Assembly: GCA_965112155.1 (NCBI GenBank)
Contig: OZ218103.1
Reading direction: 5' to 3' (one strand)
Length of the DNA stretch: 64,000 nt
DNA from: Podarcis liolepis
Taxonomy: Eukaryota
Shown: in pieces, positions 49,735 through 61,270 of the stretch
Layout: the number at the start of each line of letters is the position of its first letter
Position numbering within the stretch: the stretch's first letter is position 1
Translations under genes and position numbers: made by a program
Notes under the pieces: generated by a model
What the model saw: the letters and a program-made list of their open reading frames with translations, nothing else
What the model was told of the DNA's origin: nothing
The model's database searches: none

Positions 49735-49943
49735 TCCAGAGGGCAATTCATGTTAGTCTCTTGTAGCAAGCATTCAGATTTTTGTGGGCGCTTAAGGACT
49801 AGTAAATATATTATGACATAAGCTTTTGTGGATTCACAGCCTTGTGTCTGACTAAGTGGGCTTGTGTCTGTGAAAGCTTTTGCCAAAATAAATTTGTCCA
49901 TCTTTAAAGTGTCACATGATTCTTTTGATAGCTTTTGCTACAA
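49735..49943. mobile_element. Decayed Penelope inverted-pLTR remnant (smaller remnants near 15570-15650 and 17595-17635)
   Basis: Fold-back ttgtagcaa...ttgctacaa enclosing cttaaggactagtaaat / aaataaatttgtccatctttaaagtgtcac and two inverted AAGCTT hammerhead remnants. Confidence 0.65.
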
Positions 49944-51049
49944 TTACTGAGGTGTGTTTTACCAAAAAAATACTGCAAAAGCTCTTAATATGTACTGGAT
50001 TTTGTGAGTCATATATCCTCAAGTAGTTTTTTCTTGCTTGCTAAGGGTCTTCCTTAAGCCCCCTCCCCACGGCACAAATATGAAATGGCACTACTGCTGA
50101 TTCTTTGACTATGACTTTCTTGAATTTTCCCCGTAAAATGCATCTCCTTCACCTATCGGTCCTTGATCATCTTGCCCATCCTTGCTTCATTTATTCTATT
50201 TTATTCTTCAGCTTCTTTGTTTTTGCTGCTGTTCTGCCCAAACCAGCCACATCCCTCTCTTGTATATTTTCAAAAACATCTAGGCAGAGACCGCATCACA
50301 TCCATAGTCTGGGCAACACCTGGCACCTGGATGGCACTAGAAAAATGTAAAAGAGCAGCATCGTATTGGTCGCATGGTTGCATTCAGATGTGGGAGATCC
50401 CAGGGTCAAATCCTCACATAGCCAAGAAGCTCCCCAGATGACCTTGTGTGGGTCACACTTTCTTAATCTACCTCCTGGGATTGTTGGAAGGATAAACAAG
50501 ATAAGACTTAGACATGAATGTTGTGTCCCCTGACGGGGGCGATGGCAGGGAGATGCTGGCGAGGGGACTATGAATAATATCCAGGATACAGGATCTCCTG
50601 GTTCTGGTATGTATAATAGGCTCCAACCACAGCAGCTTGTTTTTTCCATGCCAAGTTCCTACAAGCGTTCCATTGTCTGCTACCTGCTTCTAGCAGCTAA
50701 CCTGCCAGTATGCACAAGCTTTGCCCCGTCTGCATGGCTCGTATAGCCAGGCTGGTGCAGGCAGCTCTCTGCCATGGGGAGGGTGGATGTCAGGCAGGGC
50801 AAAAGCAATCTGTCCCTGGAAGCAGACCTTGCCTAATTGCCCTTAATTCAGCTCCCTGTCATTCGTCATCTTCACATCTTCAAACAGGAAGCCTCAGTGG
50901 GAAATGGGCTGTGCTGGGGAAGTCGGGGGCCAGGATTTAGGGGTGGGGAGAGAAGGGTGGGTGGTTGAGGGCTGGTAGAAAGGCGGAATCACCCTCACCC
51001 CTCCCTTTGGTTTATCTTTATCTTTTAACCCTTTCTTGCTCCTCTCTAG

Positions 51050-51191
51050 GATGAGACATCGGTGAGCAGTGAGGACTTTGATATGAGTGACTCCACATGG
51101 ATGTCAGCTGACCAGCATCTTAACTCCAGTCTGAGTCCTAGCCAGGAGGAAGGGATGCGCAGCCCGCAGAACATCCACAGCCAGGAGGATG
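51050..51191 (+). CDS. NOL4L: NOL4L internal coding exon ([48 protein letters not shown]), 142 nt, phase 0 to 1; contains the short-isoform start ATG at 51083
   Basis: Long pyrimidine tract with TAG acceptor ending at 51049; donor ATG|GTGAGT at 51191/51192. In frame with exon 16435-16544 and matches the recalled NOL4L peptide. Confidence 0.96.
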
Positions 51192-52261
51192 GTGAGTGCC
51201 CATTAATGCCATCTGGGGTGAGGGGTATTTTTCAAAACTTTTTTTATAATGTACCCCCCACACAGTGCATAATTATTATGCTCTTTGGCCCTTTGGATCC
51301 TTCTGTCAAAAGTTCTAATTATGCATCTCTTGATGTAATTAGTGCTCTTTGCCATGTGCAAGTTGTAAAGAACTCCAGGCCAGTGATGGAGGCCATGCTT
51401 GCAGTCTCTCTCTGGTGGCAGCTCAGCAACTCTTGTCTTGCGGTGCCTTGAGAGAGAGGCAGGCATGCCAGTGATATGTGCCCTCCCCACTCTTTCTTTC
51501 TGAATTAAAACTTGGTCCACATGTGCAAAAGAATAAGGTCGCGATGAGAGTGGACTGTGCGAGCTCAGGATTCAAACATGGGGTGGGTGTGTTTACGCGC
51601 GCCATTTCTTAATGCTTTCCCCGCATTTAAAAATCCCTCTGCAAGTAGAAAACCAGCGTGCAGCAGAAAGAGCATTATATGCAGGAGAGCGTTAGAAACA
51701 AGATTTCTCCCACCTGCAGCCCGAAATGGTACCCTAATCTGCCACCTCAGGGCTACTTTGTTTTTCTCCTCATGTACATAGTCTAAAGTCATTGCGTAAA
51801 CCTGGAATAGCAGCTAGGTGAGGCCCTGAAAGTGTTCATAACGCCTTTCATTTGTTAAGAAAGCAAAATTACGAACCAACGCGTGGATTTGTTGCATTGT
51901 GCTGTCTCCAGCAAAAGACTACTGCTGACTTTGACTGGTCAGGGAATCATTCAGGAAGCACATTTGACCCTTGGCTCCTCCTCTGTTTGGTGAATTTATG
52001 ATGTCCAAGTGCATATTCCTTTACTCCAAAGTGATGCCATCTTACAGGATCCAGCTGACTGTGGGGTGGGGAGCGGGGGGTGGGAGAGGTGTCCCCCCCC
52101 CCCGATTGTCCATACCCCCAAATTTGCCTGGAGAATAGAATCAGCCCACACAATGGCCATCCCTGTTGTGGTTGTGGACAGTTCTGGGATTGTTATGCCT
52201 GGTGACTGGAACCGGCACTTCTTGAGAGAAAGTGGAATGCAGTGATTCCACATTTAAATGG

Positions 52262-52450
52262 TACCCATAGCTCAAGGGTAGAGCACATGACTTGCATGCA
52301 AAGTCCCTGTCATCTCTAGTTACAGAACCTCACATAGCACAGCTAGGAAAGACCTCTTTCAGATCCTGGAGAGCTACTTCCCATCAGGGCTGGCAGAAAA
52401 AAGGCTTGGTGGACTAATGGCCTGACTCGGTATAAGGCAGCTCCTTATAG
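52262..52450 (+). mobile_element. tRNA-derived SINE with CR1-like tail (Squam2/Anolis SINE2-like), decayed; similar minus-strand copies at ~39235-39395 and ~55510-55652
   Basis: A-box tagctcaagggtagagca; body cctggagagctacttcccatcag; tail ggactaatggcctgactcggtataaggcagctcct. Confidence 0.65.
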
Positions 52451-55214
52451 TTTATGAGCCTGTGAGAGAAGGATGCTGCAATCGAGCCTTTGGAAAGCCT
52501 CGTAAGGAGCTACTGAGAAGGAGTTCTCCCTGCAAGGAGTTCTCCCTTTAAGGGTGGTGTTAGGCAACAGTCCGTTGTGTGCCATGGTGCAGTGCATAGT
52601 GTGTGGGTGACAGGAAACGCCTTGTGACGGGCAGTATATTTTCCAAATTTAGAGAGAGAGGGAGGGAGACGTAGACGCTAGATTGGGAGAGTGGCTTGCA
52701 GGAAAGGGGCTTCAATCCTTCTGCTGCACTGTTTTACCAACTAAAATGTCCTACTCCCAAAGGTGCCACTTACTGCAACGACACTTTCCAGGTCAAACAG
52801 GCACACACCCACACCAGAGATTTACACAGGCGAAGGGGCTCATCCATCCCGGTGAGCTCCCAATCCTTAGTTCCCCATGACTGCTGTTTCTAACAGACAG
52901 CTGCATGGAAAAAATAGCATCTGATTCCAAATTGCAAAACTCTTCTAGATAGAATAAGGGCCTGGCAGAGGACTAGAAAAATCTGATGGTGTTCAACATA
53001 TTTTAGGGATTAGGTTAATAAGTAACAAGTCTTAAGATCTAAAAAATATATATGAGAATTTTAAAAATTTCTGTTCAGAGCATAGAGAACATATTCTACA
53101 ATGATGTTTCTTTCATTGTTGCAAGGTCTTAAAACAAAAACCACTGCTCCCCTGCCCTGTTGTCAGTTCAGTTGCTTGGCTAAATAAGAAAATGTCTTAG
53201 AAGAAACCATCCTGCGAGGTCCTCTCCGTCTTCAGCTTGTTATGAGCACAGGTGGGAGGCATGACTGGATTTTTTTCCGCAGGTGGAATCTTGTGGGTGC
53301 TTCTGCCTTTCTCACCCTTGTGACTCCCCAGGCATCCTGGCAACAGTCAGGGCTGAACAATACTTGCAGGATCTTGAGCATAACCAGCTCTGCTGCAGAA
53401 CGTTCCTCTAACTTGAATCGGTGCCGAAGTCGAGGGCCATGTAGAGAGATCTTGTGCCATGCAGGGCTTGCAGCTGGTTGTGGCTTGAATGGGAGGAAAG
53501 CGTGTGAGTGGAAGTGGAGGTTAATCTCCCTGGGGAGGGGAGCGCAGGTAATTAAGAGGGGTCAAAGTTGAGCTGTGCGGGATGCCTGGGAGGAGGCTAG
53601 CTGGGAAGGGGAGGTGTTGTGTTAACTCTGCAGAACTTGTTAGCTTTTGAGAGTAAATAAGGGGGTGGAAGTCGAGGAGTTTGGGTCAAAGTTCATCTCC
53701 ATGGCATTTGGATTGACTCTTGTTCTGGTTTCTTGGAGAGCTTGAATCCTTCATTGTTCCCAGAGGCCTCTGCACAGAGGCAGCTGGAGGAGCCCGAGAG
53801 GAATTGCCTGGTCCCAGAGCGCACCCAGAGCTGCCTTGTGCTGCTCTGAGACAGGGGTGGGGTAGGAAGAAAAACATCCCTATGTTTAAAGCAAGAAAGG
53901 GCCATTGTCCTAGCACACTCCCTAGCAGGGCCCATGGGAGCAGGGCATTGGGGCCTTGTTCCTTTATGCCTCTATGCACACAGAGAGCTTGTTGCAAAGT
54001 CTCCACCTTTGACGAAAGGCAGGTAGGGGTCCTTAAGGTCTCTTAACACCTTGGGAAACTTTAGAGCAGAATTTGCTTCTTTTGGGAGTGTCATCCAGAG
54101 AATTGCTGTTGTTTGGAAACTGATCAAACTAACCAACTAACAAGCCGCTGGGAGCTGTCAGGATAAGCCTGCACAGTTTGTGAGCAACCCTACCGAACAG
54201 TGCGGTCTACCATGATGGCCTGCAAGATGCTTGACAGCCTCTCCCGTTTGTGCAGCCACAAGTAGCAACAAAATCTGGAGGCTTACTGGGCTCAAGGGGT
54301 CCTGGCTCAGAACAAAGATAATTGATCCAGCGAGTCAGAAATCTGCCTGCCACCATGGCAAGCATCCCATTGCCCTTTGGTGAAGGTGTCTCTCCTCTCC
54401 ATTCTGGAGGTGAGGAGGATGCAGGGACCGTCCTCCACAGCTGGGCTGAGCTTCAGACTCCACAGTACAGCTGATGGGAGCTGGAGAGGAAGGCTGGTGC
54501 TTTCCTTTTTTGGTGCTCTTTGGTTGAATCACACTCAAGAGTGTCCCTGCTGCTTAGTGCCAAAACAAAAACCCACCCTTCCCACTCAGCTCTTTAGGTG
54601 GCTGTTTGACACTTGGCAGCAGAGGCACTCTGAGTGCCTCAATAGGCAAGTGCCAAAACCAGTCCCAGCTCCAAGTCTGAATCTTGAAATGGGGGGGGGG
54701 GGGAGGTTGTCTCTGCAGCTTCACTGGACTTTGAAGACCCTCGAACTCCAGTGCAACTACAGGGACCTTGCTTATCTTCCTCTACAACTGTCAGAGAACA
54801 GGGGTCAGCAATGCAGTCCTATGTGCATCTAGTTGGAAGTGGATCTCTTTGAGTTTTATGGGACATTTCCAAATAAGTGTTCAGAATACTTCATAGGAGA
54901 AGGTATGTTCTGGGGAAAGGGTGTATGATGGATAGGAGATGAATGGGCATTGGGATGGTGTTACAGTGCCCCTTGGAAGCTTTCTCAAAGAGTCTTTCTG
55001 CCGGATCTGGGCCCTTCTGCACCAGCCTAGAGCTGCAGCAGTAACTAGCTGAGACTTTCCACCATCCCACACATAGTTTCCATCCTTGCTAGCATGCGCT
55101 CCCCAGCTGCAGTTAGGATTGCTCTCTTAACTGAGATGTATCAGGAGAACCTCACTTTGCAGTGGCAAGAAAGCAACTGGGTAAACAATTTGGCAGGCCC
55201 AGCAGAAACAAATA

Positions 55215-55440
55215 CAGTGGTACCTTGGTTTACAACCATAATCCGTTCCGGAGGTCTGTTTGTAAACCCAAACAGGTTGTAGCCCAAGGCGTGCTTCCGC
55301 CAATGGGGCCTCCCAAAAAATTTTTGTTCGTAATTGGGGAAAAATGGGTTGTAATTCAAAAAAAGGTTGCAAACTAGGACATGCATTTCTGGGTTTGATG
55401 TGTTTGTAATCCAAAAGGTATGAAAACCAAAGTACCACTG
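55215..55440. mobile_element. Tigger/pogo-like MITE, different subfamily
   Basis: TIRs CAGTGGTACCTTGGTTT / AAACCAAAGTACCACTG; TA flanks at 55213-55214 and 55441-55442. Confidence 0.88.
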
Positions 55441-55738
55441 TATACACACCTCTTGCATTTTGTATTTCCTAAGCACTCAGCCTAGTTATTCAATTTGCTC
55501 ATGAAATCTAGGATGTTAGCTGCCTTATACTGAATCGTATGATTGGTCCATCTAGTTCAGTATTGTCTATGTAGACTGGCAGCAGTTCTCTGGGCTTTCA
55601 GATAGGGATCTCTGTCAGCCAGAGATTGAACTGTGACCTTTTGCATGCAAAGTTTGGAGGTGGAGACGTGCATAAGTTTCACCAAAGAATGTCAAGATCC
55701 TGTCAAAAGAGGAATAATATAATCCTAGAGTTGGAAGG

Positions 55739-56178
55739 CCCCTTCATGGATCACTGCCTTGCCGTGGCAAAGGGGCTTGAATAACTCAGAGAAGCTATGA
55801 GCTATGCAGTGCAGGGCCACCCAAGATGGACAGGTCATAGTGGAGAGTTTTGACCAAACGTGATTCACCTGGAGCAGGAACCGGCAAGCCACTCCAGTAT
55901 CCCTGCCAAGAAAACCCCATGGACAAAGACAACAGGCATATAAAAAGTTATGACACTGGAAGATGAGCCCCTCAGGTCGGAAGGCGTCCAACATGCTACT
56001 GAGGATTGAGGGCACAAGGAGAAGGGGACGACAGAGGACGAGATGGTGGGACAGTGTTCTCGAAGCTACCAGCATGAGTTTGACCAAACTGCAGGAGGCA
56101 GTGGAAGACAGGAGGGCCTGGCGTGCTCTGGTCCAGGGGGTCACGAAGAGACGGACACGACTAAACAACAACAACAAA
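55739..56178 (+). mobile_element. Bipartite non-autonomous Bov-B derivative (5' end fused to 3' end), inserted in a minus-strand CR1 3' end
   Basis: 12-bp TSD AGAGTTGGAAGG at 55727-55738 and 56179-56190; ~56003-56178 matches the 3' end of the Bov-B at 7417-7615; 55739-56001 resembles the recalled Bov-B 5' region; (CAA)n tail. Confidence 0.85.
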
Positions 56179-57473
56179 AGAGTTGGAAGGGACCTTGAGG
56201 GTCATCTAGTCCAACCCCCTACAATGCAGGAAGCAATAACACAAAGGAGAAGGTATGGTTTTGAGAGGAAGAGCCTGGGCAGCAGCTGTCAGGGTTCAGG
56301 TTCAGGTTTGGAGAGGTGCTGGTGTCCTGAAATCGCTACGAGGCCTTGCACTTTGGTGCTTGTTGGCTGGGCTGGTAGATGGAGAATTGTTGTTGCTACT
56401 GGGGAAGCAGAGTTTGAGTCTCACTTCTGCTGTCATGTGGGATTGTATGAGCTCAAGGATCTGCCTCAGTTCTCCCTCTGCCAGAGGGGCATAGTAGCAA
56501 CCTCTCTCATTCTCAGGGGGTTGTGTGGGTAAACCTACTAGAAGTAAGTCAATGGTTAGGTGTCAAGGAGTGCAAGAAGGGTTTGTACAGTAAAACGTAT
56601 TGGGAATTAAAACAGCTTTGGATTTTATTTTATATGGTAATTATAATGAAATATGGAATTAATGTGAGCTGCTTTGAAAGTCCAATGAGAATAAGCAGGA
56701 TCAAAATCTTAGAACAGTGAACCTCAGTCTCAGGAGCAAAATGTGGCCCACCAGTGTCTGTCCCCTTGACTCTCCGAAGGTCACAAGATGCTTTGCATCC
56801 TCCATTGCTTTTGTCTGGTTGGAATGTGGCTCTGAACTGCGTTGAGGCCCCTTTCTGCATGGATGGATGGAGAGAGGGGGCAACATTTGACTTTTGCATG
56901 GGTGTACGAACTCACTCCCATTGCTCTGCCCACTTTTACCTCTGACCCTGCTCCACGGATATGTGCGACCCCCGACCAAGATTGCCCACAATAGAACACA
57001 CTCCACTCCTGTCTTAGGAGAAATAAACATCAATAGTTAATAGGGGACTCAAATTGCAGGGAAATGGCTTCAGAATGTTCTGAAGGGCTGTTGCCATTGC
57101 TGCCCTTGAAACACATAGCACCCCTGTTTTTCTCCTAAGAGAGAGTTATGCGGGGAAATCTTCTTCAGCCTTTTGGAACAGCTCAGGCTACAGCATGGAA
57201 AAGCCAGCCAGCCAGCCATGGTAGGCTCCTGATAACCAGTGCTTGTGACACAAGCACCCTTCACACCCGTGTGTGCGTGTGCATGTGTAATTTCTGGGGG
57301 AAGTTCACAGTTGGTTCATAATTCTTATTAATCATTTCCCCTGGTATGCTGTCTGTTGCTGGCTGCGCCATGCCCTCTGCCAATGAAACTGATTCACTTG
57401 GTGTTACTTGGAGTGGTCTGCCTCTTCAGAGGGCAGGGAGAGAAGCCTGCTTAATTCCTCTCCTAGTTAACTA

Positions 57474-57615
57474 GGGCCGGGCTGGCAAACCTCTGGCCAC
57501 CCAAATGATGTTTGACTCCAACTCCCATCACCTCCAGCCAGGATGGCCTGTTGTCAGGGCTCATGGGAGTTGTAGTCCAGCAGCGCTGGGAGAGCCTCGG
57601 GTTTTCCCATCCTTG
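57474..57615. mobile_element. Palindromic hAT-type MITE (caactcccatca / tgggagttgtagt family; partial copies at ~15970-16040 and ~48672-48820)
   Basis: Fold-back core ccaactcccatca...catgggagttgtagtcc with Charlie-like ends. Confidence 0.6.
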
Positions 57616-59964
57616 TGCCAGTGTAGGGAGGGTGAAACTGAGTAGTCTGGATGGTAAACCGTTTTTGATCCAGTCAGTTTCACTCCTGAGGAAAAGAAAG
57701 AGAATGCTCTTGAATGGCAGGGCAGTAATGTTGCACAGGTGGTGTCTCACCCTCCCCGCCCTTTCTTCTTTTAAAAATATTATAGATGCAGTTAAGTGCT
57801 TGTGTGTTCACATAATTTTAATTAAAATCTATGTAGTAGGTGCCCTGAAAATTGTGCCAGAATATACAGATGTGCAAAAGAGGTCATTAGGTGTGCAGTG
57901 GTGCTGATGCTGAGTCCCCTTAAGGGTCCTGTAGTTCAGTGATTCAGCAGATACTTTGCATGCAGGGATGGAACCTAGCAGGGAAAAACTTTGGAGAGTC
58001 ACCGCAGAGTGGTGAGTTGGGCCATTGGCTCATCTTGCCTGGCCTTCCCCAACCTGGTGCCCTCCAGGTGTCTTGGATTACAGCTCCTTTCTGGCTGGAG
58101 AGTGCCGTGGGGGATCTAACCTGATATTTCAGTGACTTGTACTGTTTCAGCAGATTTACAAAGCAATATGGTAGCCTTGTCTGCTTAGCTCAGTCCACAT
58201 TCATTTCCCAGGTACATCAAATCAATCATATTTACAGTACTTATACGCAATGTTTGCTCAGTAAAATCGCTCTTGAGTTGCTTTATGACAAATTAAGTGA
58301 CAACAATAATAAAGCAACATTCATAAAATCAGACGCATATAAAACAATTTAATAATAATTCATGTCCTAATTGCCATTAATACAAAAATTCATTCCATTA
58401 AAAACAATTCAATGTAAAGAGGTAACTGGTAACAATAAGGCCATGCATAATAAAACTGGCTTTCAAACAATTAAAACATAATTAAATTCAATCACCTATC
58501 ATTACCAATACAGCAAAACACACACACTAAACCCCCTGAAAACAGCCTCCACAGATTTCTCAAAAGGAGCTGTAGAAAGCACAAAAAGCACAATACGACA
58601 ATGCAGTGCAGATGTGCAGTACACTCAAATCCTGGGGAGAGTTCTCCCATGTCAGTCTAATTTAGTAGAAGCAGAATTCAGAATGAAAACCTATACATTC
58701 CTGAAGCACATTCCTCTCATCCCCACCCATCAAACTCAAAAAGGGCTGGATATTTGCATGCCCTATACCAGCTCCACACCAACGGAAATAATCTTAATAC
58801 ACTTTCATGAGGAATGGCCTGTCTCGTTCAGAAACCATTTAGCCTGCTCTTCCCACCTGGGACGCCTTTTACATTTCCTTTCCCCTCCTCTCGCCAGGAT
58901 AAGTTCGAGAAAAAATCCACCTCACGTTCAGAAACCAAGTAGATATTACTCTTGTGACAGAACTCCAAAGCGGGGACACCCAAAAGTGAAATGCCATTGA
59001 GTGCCGTTCACAACCACCTACTTTAAGTACAGTTTGGAGCATTTGGGGTGGGGTCTTCTCAGCAGGCTAGATGGTTCACAGACGGATTCCTTCTTTGTGC
59101 TCTTCCCCAATAAGGCACCGAGAGCAGGAAAAGCAGAAAATGCTGGCCGGAGTGGATATGTGATTAAAGTAAAAAAGAGCCCCTCTGGATTAGATCTAGG
59201 GTGGGTTAGATCTAGTAGGGCATCCTTCTAATTGTGGCAGGGCACGAAGGCAACAGCCCTCCCCTGTGCTTTGTCCTCGGCCCCTTGACTCCAGAGGGCG
59301 CATGCTCCTGCGGAGGTGGAGGTCCCATGCTTGAAGTGCTAGAGTACCTTGCAAAACCAGAGGAAGAAAACAAACAAAAAGCTGTGAGCTACAGGTATTG
59401 GCAGCCCGCCAGTACAGCCATAAGAGTTGTATCCACTAAGTTATGCTCAGAGTTGACCCAGTGATGGGCCTAAGTTAGTCATTCCTTTTAATTTCAGCGG
59501 GTCTTACTCTTGAGTAAGGCTAACGTGGGCTACAACACAGTTTTTATGCAGCCTTTGAGAACAATAGACGACCCAAACCAAGCAAAAGGTGACTCAAACC
59601 TCTCCCCGCCCCTCTTTTGCTGTTTCTGCCTGGAAGTCTTTGGCTGGGTGTCATCCTGCTGCAAGATACTTATAAACCTCCAGAATGGCAGAAGGGAGCC
59701 AATTAGTGCTAATGGATTTGGCACAGAAGGGTTAGCTAAAAGGCATTGGGAAAAAGGCTTTGTCATCAACAGAGCAGGTAGAGTTCGTGCCAGGTGATGC
59801 AAGGATTGGGGCAATGTGTGTAGAACAGCATCCAGCACTCCTGACCTCTGGAAGGCAATGTCACTTCACGCAGTGGTCCTTGTGGCCTCCGATTCCCAAG
59901 GGAGAATGATGCACTCACCAAGTCCTCTGCCGAGGAACAGAGCCTGGGAACACCACCACTGAGG

Positions 59965-60232
59965 AGCAGCGTGTAGTTAAGCTGTGGAACTGGCTCCCAA
60001 ATTCATGGAGGACCCAGCCATCAGTGGCTACCAGCCACAGTGTCTATGTCCTAACTCCGCTTCTGGAGGTGTTAAGCGTCTGAATACCAGTTGCTGGAAG
60101 TCACAAGTGGGCAGAGTGCTGTTGCGCTCATGCGCTGCTTGCAGGCCTCCCATAGGCATTTGGTAGGCCCCTGTGAGCACAGGATGCGGGACTCAATGGG
60201 TCATTGGCCTGATCCAGCAGGCTATTCTTATG
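59965..60232 (+). mobile_element. CR1 LINE 3' fragment
   Basis: tagttaagctgtggaact...aaattcatggaggac...ggcctgatccagcaggctattcttatg. Confidence 0.7.
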
Positions 60233-60299
60233 AAGATCTTTTTATGCCCAGTTGCCAGGTGCGTTCTTGGGATGATGCCCTTTGCCCTGGGTAGCACTC

Positions 60300-60860
60300 T
60301 AGTTTTAAGGAATTTATATCCTGCTGTTTACACAAGTTTCAAAGTAGCTGACAAAAAATAGTACAATAACAATAAAAGCAACAAAGCGTTAAAATCAGTA
60401 AAAACAACAACAGGCCAATAACAAATCAAGCATCAGATTCATTATTTGTAGCCAGTAATTAAAAATATATAAAACAGCAGCCAGCTTATTAAAAGAGGAG
60501 AGGCCACTTAGCATAAAAGCCTGTTGGACTTTTGGAAGCCTAGGTGAGCAGAATGGACTTCACCTGACCCCTAAAAGGTGTCACCATGGAAACGGCTCCT
60601 CTCCCTTAGGCAATCTCTGAAGATGGAGGAGCTTCTGAAGATCTTGGCTGACAAGCAAATGCATTTGGAAGAAGAAGAGGACCCTTCACATATCCTGGTC
60701 CCATGGCTCTTGGGGCTTGAAAGTTGAAGTCTAGTGCCTTCAGTTGAGCATGCAAAATAGCTGGTGTCCAGTTGAGATCTTTCAGCATGGCATGATATAT
60801 TCGCAAGAGTCGAGCCCAGCCTGGCAACCTAGTTGCTGTATTTTGTACCAGTTGTGGTTT
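60300..60860 (-). mobile_element. Old L2 fragment
   Basis: Minus translation YHAMLKDLNWTP...AQLKAL...AMGPGYVK; reversed A-rich tail. Confidence 0.55.
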
Positions 60861-60883
60861 CCAGGTGCTTTGAAGATCTGAAT

Positions 60884-61270
60884 CAGCGCTTTATTTCTTG
60901 AAAGAGAGGTGCTGGAACTCACCGTGAACGCCTCCATGGTTCTCTTTTAATGGCAATGGCATCCACAGAAGAAGAAGAAGAGGAGTTTGGATTTGATATC
61001 CCACTTTATCACTACCCGAAGCAGTCTCAAAGCAGCTAACATTCTCCTTTCCCTTCCTCCCCCACAACAAACACTCTGTGAGGTGAGTGGGGCTGAGATA
61101 CTTCAGAGAAGTGTGACTGGCCCAAGGTCACCCAGCAGCTGCATGTGGAGGAGCGGAGACACGAACCCGGTTCCCCAGATTACGAGTCTTCCGCTCTTAA
61201 CCACTACACCACACTGGCTCTCCAGTGCTGGAACTGAGTTCCAGGGAGTCCCAGCTGAAAAAAAGCCCTG
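60884..61270. mobile_element. hAT-like non-autonomous element hosting a SINE
   Basis: TIR-like ends CAGCGCTTTATTTC / GAAAAAAAGCCCTG; internal gtgctggaact repeats. Confidence 0.6.
60967..61223 (-). mobile_element. tRNA/CORE-type SINE with L2-like tail (Squam3-like)
   Basis: Minus strand starts GGAGAGCCAGTGTGGTGTAGTGGTTAAGAGC (A box) with B box GGTTCGTGTC; core gggtgaccttgggccagtcac; (CTT)n tail. Confidence 0.85.

Noticed and set aside
58190-59040. A/C-rich strand skew suggesting a local inversion
   Set aside because: Largely explained by a reversed L2-like tail and body; no convincing breakpoint repeats beyond a 6-bp match.
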